A stretch of 32,000 nucleotides of DNA from sequence record NC_021796.1; one strand, given 5' to 3'. Under the pieces are notes generated by a model, which saw nothing but the letters and a program-made list of their open reading frames with translations, had not been told where the DNA came from and searched no databases. The position numbers were made by a program, and so were the translations under genes. Shown here in pieces: positions 27,169-32,000 of this stretch; within the stretch, counting starts at the first letter, position 1; every line of letters begins with the position of its first letter. Source of the DNA: Cellulophaga phage phi38:1.

Positions 27169-27294
27169 TTAACTCATTGAGATACCTAGCGTATCCAATT
27201 CCTTTTTTAAATATTTCGTAAAAGCTTGTACCTCTATCGCTGCCATCCATACTTCAAATGGCATTTTCTCACCTTTCTTTTTATCTTCGCTCAT
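27169..27294 (-). CDS. hypothetical small protein (41 aa)
   Basis: Hand-read ORF MSEDKKKGEKMPFEVWMAAIEVQAFTKYLKKELDTLGISMS, overlaps upstream ORF, ends 4 nt before tmRNA. Confidence 0.55.
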   Translation of the reverse strand: MSEDKKKGEKMPFEVWMAAIEVQAFTKYLKKELDTLGISMS

Positions 27295-27445
27295 ATAAGT
27301 CCTCCCTCTTTTCTATTAACCTGTTTACAGTTATGTTTATTAACCCTATTAAAAATGCAGCTACAGAATACTCAAGGTTATCCGAGTCTGATAGGTACAT
27401 TAATGCCGCTGAAACGAAGCATATTTTAGATATAATTTTACGCAT
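27281..27445 (-). CDS. small membrane protein (54 aa)
   Basis: Hand-read ORF MRKIISKICFVSAALMYLSDSDNLEYSVAAFLIGLINITVNRLIEKREDLYERR; ATG one base after motif AAACACTATCAAA. Confidence 0.6.
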   Translation of the reverse strand: MRKIISKICFVSAALMYLSDSDNLEYSVAAFLIGLINITVNRLIEKREDLYERR

Positions 27446-27458
27446 TTTGATAGTGTTT
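27446..27458 (-). promoter_or_regulatory. Copy of conserved upstream motif AAACACTATCAAA
   Basis: Exact motif, abuts ATG at 27445; heads the two small ORFs and tmRNA. Confidence 0.62.
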
Positions 27459-27706
27459 TAATCTCTCTCTTCAAATAATAGTCTATACAACCCTACTACA
27501 AGTGCGGTCAGTATTGAAGACCCAACAAATACGAGGAATACTGACGCTATAATAGAGGTTAACATCCCCAATCCCCCTATAACAGATAGTACAGGGCTAC
27601 TATTTAAGTAGTCTTCATCTAGGAAGAGGTACATAGCTAGGGGAGATGCTACAGAACATACTATTAAGAAGTCTACAACCCATTTAATAATCTTTCTATT
27701 TTTCAT
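27458..27706 (-). CDS. predicted two-span membrane protein
   Basis: 82 aa with two hydrophobic stretches. Confidence 0.6.
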   Translation of the reverse strand: MKNRKIIKWVVDFLIVCSVASPLAMYLFLDEDYLNSSPVLSVIGGLGMLTSIIASVFLVFVGSSILTALVVGLYRLLFEERD

Positions 27707-27709
27707 AGC

Positions 27710-27853
27710 CTAATATTTTGATAGTATTGCATCAGCCATACTATTAATGTCGTCTGCTATTTGTTCCCTCTCTCCGTGTGGAATACTGTCTAACTTTTGC
27801 TCTAGTTTTTCTATAGCTTCCATTGCAAATACGTAATCTAAATCCATTGCCAT
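27710..27853 (-). CDS. hypothetical small acidic protein (47 aa)
   Basis: Hand-read ORF MAMDLDYVFAMEAIEKLEQKLDSIPHGEREQIADDINSMADAILSKY. Confidence 0.55.
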   Translation of the reverse strand: MAMDLDYVFAMEAIEKLEQKLDSIPHGEREQIADDINSMADAILSKY

Positions 27854-27879
27854 AACTTTATTTGTGTTTATTATATTAA

Positions 27880-28584
27880 TTATTGTATGTAAGAGAAAAT
27901 ATCTTCTGTACCAATTATGTTGTGCTCTACATCCTCCGAAGCGAATGATATACTTTCTATCGCAGCCTTTTGACCGTGATTCATTATTATTGCCTTTGCA
28001 AGGTCTTTTACTAAGCCTCTTGTGTTTAATAAATTTAAACCTATTTCAAAATGACTTTCCCCGTTATCGAACATCTCTAAAAACCATTCGTATGTAGAGT
28101 CTCCGTTAAGGTGAGCCGCAGTGAGTATATCCTCTTCGTAAATCGATCCAATAGTCTCTGCATCAAATGTCATTAAATCTTCGTATACTAAATCAGTGCA
28201 TGAACCCCCTTTTAACATGAATAAGTCTCTACTTGAACTTCCATCGATCTCTACTTCTACATAATCCCGTCTTGTGCCCCTTCTTAAAAACTTTTCTATA
28301 GACTTCACCACACTACCTAAATTAAGCACCTTGTTTAAATCTAAGTGACTAGATATGATCGATAGGGCTTCGTGTCTAAGCGATCCTTCGGCTTCACTAA
28401 CCTTTATTTTTTTGGATCCTAGTTTATTCCACTCCACTACTTCATTAAAGACTTCATTGAGCATCTCATCAGTAATGTCAATCCCTTTCTTAACGCCCTT
28501 TTTTATATCTACTACTGAACCAATCGGAACAGAACTCCCTATTACTCTAGGGGTGTATAAAGTGTTTAGTCTTATTATTCCCAT
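27880..28584 (-). CDS. hypothetical protein
   Basis: 234 aa ORF. Confidence 0.6.
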   Translation of the reverse strand: MGIIRLNTLYTPRVIGSSVPIGSVVDIKKGVKKGIDITDEMLNEVFNEVVEWNKLGSKKIKVSEAEGSLRHEALSIISSHLDLNKVLNLGSVVKSIEKFLRRGTRRDYVEVEIDGSSSRDLFMLKGGSCTDLVYEDLMTFDAETIGSIYEEDILTAAHLNGDSTYEWFLEMFDNGESHFEIGLNLLNTRGLVKDLAKAIIMNHGQKAAIESISFASEDVEHNIIGTEDIFSYIQ

Positions 28585-28604
28585 GACTAGTTTGTATTAA
28601 TTAG

Positions 28605-28676
28605 TACTCTCTATAGGATTCGAACCTATGTTTTTCGGATGAAAACCGAATGTCCTTACCGCTAGACGAAAAGAGC
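28605..28676 (-). tRNA. tRNA-Glu (UUC), copy 1
   Basis: GCTCTTTTCGTCTAGCGGTAAGGACATTCGGTTTTCATCCGAAAAACATAGGTTCGAATCCTATAGAGAGTA; cloverleaf with loop TTTTCAT. Confidence 0.93.
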
Positions 28677-28680
28677 AGAA

Positions 28681-28708
28681 AAAGCTAGTAAACATTGCTA
28701 CTAGCTTT
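28681..28708 (-). terminator. 10-bp perfect hairpin with T-rich flank immediately upstream of tRNA-Glu copy 1
   Basis: AAAGCTAGTA-GCAATGTT-TACTAGCTTT then TTC (minus strand); loop on the plus strand is aacattgc. Confidence 0.55.
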
Positions 28709-28721
28709 TATTATATATGTA

Positions 28722-28734
28722 TTTGATAGTGTTT
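28722..28734 (-). promoter_or_regulatory. Copy of conserved upstream motif AAACACTATCAAA
   Basis: Exact motif; next element downstream is hairpin plus tRNA-Glu rather than an ORF. Confidence 0.58.
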
Positions 28735-28735
28735 C

Positions 28736-29008
28736 TTAAGAGTCTCCGAATAATTCCTTAACTTCTTTTTCGGCTATTTCATACCCTTTTTGATAATCGG
28801 ATACTACCATAGTTTGCTCTACGATTTTAGATAGAGATAAGCTCTTGCTTGACCTTAAATTCTCCAACTTTTGCTTTTCTTTGCTTAACTGCAATTTTGT
28901 TGCCAATAAGTCTGCCTTGGCTTGCAACTCTGCCTGTTCCACGTCGTGCGCTAATTGCTCTGCCCCCGTCTGTCCTTCCGTCTTCTGTAATCTGCTCTTG
29001 TAATTCAT
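28736..29008 (-). CDS. coiled-coil protein, paralog-like to 29673-29963
   Basis: 90 aa, heptad-rich, same size and layout as the upstream ORF. Confidence 0.55.
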   Translation of the reverse strand: MNYKSRLQKTEGQTGAEQLAHDVEQAELQAKADLLATKLQLSKEKQKLENLRSSKSLSLSKIVEQTMVVSDYQKGYEIAEKEVKELFGDS

Positions 29009-29642
29009 CTTTTTTATCTGATTTAATTTGCCCTTCGTTGGGTCTTGTTTTACTAACCTTGTTTAACCTTGTTTGTATTTCTTGGATAACTCTAGAGGCT
29101 GCTAACATATCGTCTTCCTTATAACATGGAAACGACCCTTTATCTGGGTAATAACCGTAAGCCTCTTTACAAAGCTCCATCTTACCCTCTGGTAAAAGTC
29201 CTTTATCTCTTAATACACAGAATATCAATTCGTTTGAACCCCCTGTAGATGATAAATGGTCGTATGAAACCCTGTACTTAAAAACTTCTTCGCCTAATTC
29301 AAACTTTACAATATCTCCCTTTGAATACCTTTTTGTAGATACATCTTCTTTAGGTCTTAAGATTTCCTTACTCTCTAAGTCCTTTAGACTCTCCACCAAT
29401 CTTGTCAATGCTTCGTAGTCGCCTGTCCTACACTCCGGACACATTCCGAATTTTGCTCTATAGCCGTAGGCCTTTGTACAAAAGGCTTCCCTTTCCTCGT
29501 CATCGTACATACCAAACATTTTGAATATCTGTTCATTGCCATTCTTTACACTAGAGAGGTGATTATCAAAAACAATTACTTCCAACTCATCCCCTTGATA
29601 ATTTTTGAGGGTTACTCTTTGTCCATGTTTTAATGTCTCCAT
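28827..29642 (-). CDS. hypothetical protein, Cys motifs; C-terminal tail overlaps 28736-29008 in another frame
   Basis: 271 aa; MCPECRTGDYEAL; two internally similar halves (FKMFGMYDDEEREAFCTKAYGYRAKFGMCPEC / DKGLLPEGKMELCKEAYGYYPDKGSFPC). Confidence 0.6.
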   Translation of the reverse strand: METLKHGQRVTLKNYQGDELEVIVFDNHLSSVKNGNEQIFKMFGMYDDEEREAFCTKAYGYRAKFGMCPECRTGDYEALTRLVESLKDLESKEILRPKEDVSTKRYSKGDIVKFELGEEVFKYRVSYDHLSSTGGSNELIFCVLRDKGLLPEGKMELCKEAYGYYPDKGSFPCYKEDDMLAASRVIQEIQTRLNKVSKTRPNEGQIKSDKKDELQEQITEDGRTDGGRAISARRGTGRVASQGRLIGNKIAVKQRKAKVGEFKVKQELISI

Positions 29643-29661
29643 AAGTAAAGTTTTTAAGATT

Positions 29662-29674
29662 TTTGATAGTGTTT
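29662..29674 (-). promoter_or_regulatory. Copy of conserved upstream motif AAACACTATCAAA
   Basis: Exact motif, 19 nt before ATG at 29642. Confidence 0.6.
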
Positions 29675-29963
29675 ACGCCCCGAATCTGCTCTTTTGAATA
29701 CTCTCGGCTATACTAAGACCTTCTTCAAGGTTCTTTACCTCTATTGTCTTAGAGATTTCTTTGTCGAAGCTGTAAGGGATTGCTCTTTTTAATTCAGTAA
29801 GCTCTCTCTTTGCCGTTGCGATTGCTTTCTTAGTCTCTAAGATTGAAGAGTCTGCTTGAAGAGATGCCTCTTGCGCTCTAAATTGTAATTGCTCTGTCTC
29901 TACATCTTTAGAAGATTGAGAGATTAAATCGATGTACTTTTCTGATTGTGCCTTGTTTGCCAT
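29673..29963 (-). CDS. coiled-coil protein
   Basis: 96 aa, heptad-rich. Confidence 0.6.
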   Translation of the reverse strand: MANKAQSEKYIDLISQSSKDVETEQLQFRAQEASLQADSSILETKKAIATAKRELTELKRAIPYSFDKEISKTIEVKNLEEGLSIAESIQKSRFGA

Positions 29964-30107
29964 AATTAATTTTAGTACGATGCTCTACAGCTTTGATTAT
30001 TAATTGATTTTTGTTTGTATGTAAAATATTAAAGGTGTTCTGTTTGGTCATATGGTTCTTTGAACTATTATCTACCCGTGTCTCCCCTAATACCCCCATT
30101 GTATTGT

Positions 30108-30554
30108 TTAATATACTTTGCTTATCCTTTCAATAGCTTCTTTACACTCTATCTCTAATGCTAATTTAGAGGCCTCTGTACCCTTCCAATTCGCTGAATC
30201 GTCGTGTATTATTTGAAGGAACTCCCAAACAATTACTGGATAACCTTTATACTCGTCTTTAAGGTATATATCTAATTCGGGTAAAGGCTTGGACTTATCT
30301 ACCGTTGATATCTTTACACCTGCCAATGAGTAAAGACCCCCTCTATTGTTTAACTCCCCATAGTCCAACCCATCTAACATACATCTACCTACAGCGCACA
30401 TTCCTCCGCCTTCTGCACGGTATTTGCAAAAATTAGATCCCTTGCTCTCTACACCCCTTCTACTCAAATCCTCGGAGTAGTATTGTACAGTCTCGTTTAA
30501 CAATCTTACCATGTCTTCTTTAGACCTTGCGGTTTCTACTTTTACTTCTGACAT
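30108..30554 (-). CDS. hypothetical protein, paralog of 31380-31799
   Basis: 148 aa; shares ETVQYYSEDLSRR...MCAVGRCM...L.LKDEY.G with the other ORF. Confidence 0.65.
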   Translation of the reverse strand: MSEVKVETARSKEDMVRLLNETVQYYSEDLSRRGVESKGSNFCKYRAEGGGMCAVGRCMLDGLDYGELNNRGGLYSLAGVKISTVDKSKPLPELDIYLKDEYKGYPVIVWEFLQIIHDDSANWKGTEASKLALEIECKEAIERISKVY

Positions 30555-30574
30555 CTCTTAAATTTTAATATTAG

Positions 30575-30646
30575 TACTCTCTATAGGATTCGAACCTATG
30601 TTTTTCGGATGAAAACCGAATGTCCTTACCGCTAGACGAAAAGAGC
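30575..30646 (-). tRNA. tRNA-Glu (UUC), copy 2
   Basis: Identical 72-nt gene to copy 1. Confidence 0.93.
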
Positions 30647-30653
30647 TTTGTAC

Positions 30654-31052
30654 TTATTGTTTTACCCAATCACCTTTACCTTTATCTTTGAAGATGTATA
30701 GCCTGCCCATAATATCATATGCACTCCCACCGCAGTAGTTCTCTTGCTCCCACTCTGTCCAATAATGGTAACCGCTGTCGTAGCTATCTTGAAGAGACTC
30801 GTACCCATTCTCTTTAGCCATTTTCTCGGCGTCAGATCGGTACTTTATGTACATTGTGTCATGGAATAGGTAACCCTTATCCATACCCTCTCCTGTTACG
30901 TCGCAACGTCTTGGATACAGCCTAGGTTCATTGGTTCCTTCTGTAATATTACGACGCTTCCAGTCTTCCAATTTTGATTCCAACTCTTCTATAGCAAAGG
31001 CTACGGAAGATATGGAGTATATTATCATTTCTATCAACTGTCTTTTAATCAT
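30654..31052 (-). CDS. hypothetical protein
   Basis: 132 aa ORF; preceded by degenerate motif TTCACTATCCAAA. Confidence 0.6.
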   Translation of the reverse strand: MIKRQLIEMIIYSISSVAFAIEELESKLEDWKRRNITEGTNEPRLYPRRCDVTGEGMDKGYLFHDTMYIKYRSDAEKMAKENGYESLQDSYDSGYHYWTEWEQENYCGGSAYDIMGRLYIFKDKGKGDWVKQ

Positions 31053-31089
31053 AATTTCCCTAGGTTTTGGATAGTGAATAGGTCTCCTT

Positions 31090-31383
31090 TTATAGACCAG
31101 TTATTTTTATATATTGCTTATACTCTTTTCCGGACTTCTTACTAGTCCTAAGAATGTAGTAACTACCCCTAGTACTTTTATACACGGGGTACTCAACACC
31201 TTTCACGTCCATGGTGTATTTGGTCTTTGTAGCTTCGGATGCAGATTTACCACCTCCTACTTTTACTATTTTGTCACCTTGTACCACATAGGTAGGCTCT
31301 GTACTTTCTTGTGCAGACGCAACTATTGTTACAAATACTAATGTCAGTACTAATATTAACGATAACCTTTTAACTCTTCTCAT
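31090..31383 (-). CDS. predicted secreted/periplasmic small protein
   Basis: 97 aa; signal-peptide-like MRRVKRLSLILVLTLVFVTIVASAQ. Confidence 0.6.
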   Translation of the reverse strand: MRRVKRLSLILVLTLVFVTIVASAQESTEPTYVVQGDKIVKVGGGKSASEATKTKYTMDVKGVEYPVYKSTRGSYYILRTSKKSGKEYKQYIKITGL

Positions 31384-31799
31384 AACTCTCCTTTTTCTAT
31401 ATCTGATTTAATTTGATTTAACTTTGCCGACCCCATTCTCGAAAGTCCTCTCCCTTCCCAATTAAGACTTTGGTCATGTAAACTTTGCAGAGACATCCAA
31501 AAGGTCATGTTTACACCTCTGTACTCATCCTTTAAGAGGGTGTCTAATTTCTCATCTTGCTCTTCAACTTCTACATTACGGAATATCTCTAAAGAAGTTA
31601 ATTCGCCCTGTGTGTTAAGGTCTTCAAATGGTGCGTCATCTCGCATACATCTACCCACAGCACACATATTCCCATGAGGAGTCTTGTATAGACACATGAA
31701 GTTTTCGTCGAGCGCCCTTCTACTTAAGTCCTCGGAGTAATACTTTACAGTTTCGTCTAGTATCTGTAGCTTTTTATCCCTTAATGCTTGGTTGTTCAT
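31380..31799 (-). CDS. hypothetical protein, paralog of 30108-30554
   Basis: 139 aa; ETVKYYSEDLSRR...MCAVGRCM...LLKDEYRG. Confidence 0.65.
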   Translation of the reverse strand: MNNQALRDKKLQILDETVKYYSEDLSRRALDENFMCLYKTPHGNMCAVGRCMRDDAPFEDLNTQGELTSLEIFRNVEVEEQDEKLDTLLKDEYRGVNMTFWMSLQSLHDQSLNWEGRGLSRMGSAKLNQIKSDIEKGEL

Positions 31800-31833
31800 T
31801 TCGTCCTGTTTTTGATAGTGGATACTTGTTCTT

Positions 31834-32000
31834 TTATACTATTTCCCATGCCTCGTGCAACTCACCGAATGCATAAACTAAACAGTAGTCCTCACCTTCT
31901 AAGTCGTCAGTATCCCAAAAGTTGGTGTTTACGGCTATTTTTTCAGGGTGATAAGCTGCTATAATAGTATGGTCTCCACCATAAAGAGGGTGTTCATACA
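31834..32000 (-). CDS. partial hypothetical protein running off the window
   Basis: ...YEHPLYGGDHTIIAAYHPEKIAVNTNFWDTDDLEGEDYCLVYAFGELHEAWEIV* open to the window edge. Confidence 0.5.
   Translation of the reverse strand, partial: YEHPLYGGDHTIIAAYHPEKIAVNTNFWDTDDLEGEDYCLVYAFGELHEAWEIV

Noticed and set aside
26937-27221. Plus-strand 94-aa ORF
   Set aside because: Lies antisense within the tmRNA, starts with TTG and has no supporting features; an artefact of the structured RNA sequence.
27717-27729. Additional motif copy ATACTATCAAA near 27720
   Set aside because: Sits inside the coding end of the 47-aa ORF (AILSKY*) and lacks the CACTAT core; treated as coincidental similarity.
28605-28676. 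Possible one-base deletion in the T-loop of tRNA-Glu copy 1
   Set aside because: Checked against the ORF-anchored coordinates; the T-loop TTCGAAT is intact and the two tRNA-Glu copies are identical.
29908-30099. Minus-strand 63-aa ORF 29908-30099
   Set aside because: Overlaps the start of the better supported 29673-29963 ORF and reads through AT-rich spacer; low complexity and no motif.
1-32000. CRISPR array, transposon or prophage attachment site
   Set aside because: No regularly spaced direct repeats, transposase or integrase motifs and no terminal inverted repeats were seen; the only long perfect repeat is the tRNA-Glu pair.

Overview
The window is 32 kb of a tailed-phage-like genome in which every supportable gene lies on the minus strand and intergenic gaps are very short. 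The left half (about 1-15.7 kb) carries replication, nucleotide and folding genes: a PD-(D/E)XK nuclease, two DEDD-type exonucleases, GroEL and GroES, a DUF1064-like nuclease, family A DNA polymerase, a fused dATP/dGTP-diphosphohydrolase-like/HAD nucleotidase, a prim-pol/SF4 helicase fusion, a replication-initiator-like protein and a calcineurin-type phosphatase. The right half carries RtcB RNA ligase, an SLT-like lysozyme, a DnaA domain IV-like protein, an M20/M28/M42-like metallopeptidase, a phosphoribosyltransferase and many small proteins, several in paralogous pairs. The most interesting content is non-coding. (1) A tmRNA at 26806-27164(-) has a G3:U70 acceptor, a perfect 10-bp P2 pairing across 267 nt, and an apparent 30-aa tag ending in VAVGV rather than an ALAA-type degron. 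(2) A 140-nt tRNA-like RNA at 20678-20817(-) has an acceptor stem, D-arm and T-arm but an abnormally large central region, and sits directly upstream of rtcB. (3) A short upstream motif, AACACTATCAA (minus strand), occurs nine times exactly, all in the same orientation, mostly abutting stop codons and lying just before start codons or the tRNA-Glu. (4) There are two identical tRNA-Glu(UUC) genes about 2 kb apart and one further non-canonical tRNA-like gene at 15681-15750. All product assignments come from reading the sequence and motifs; no database or folding software was used.
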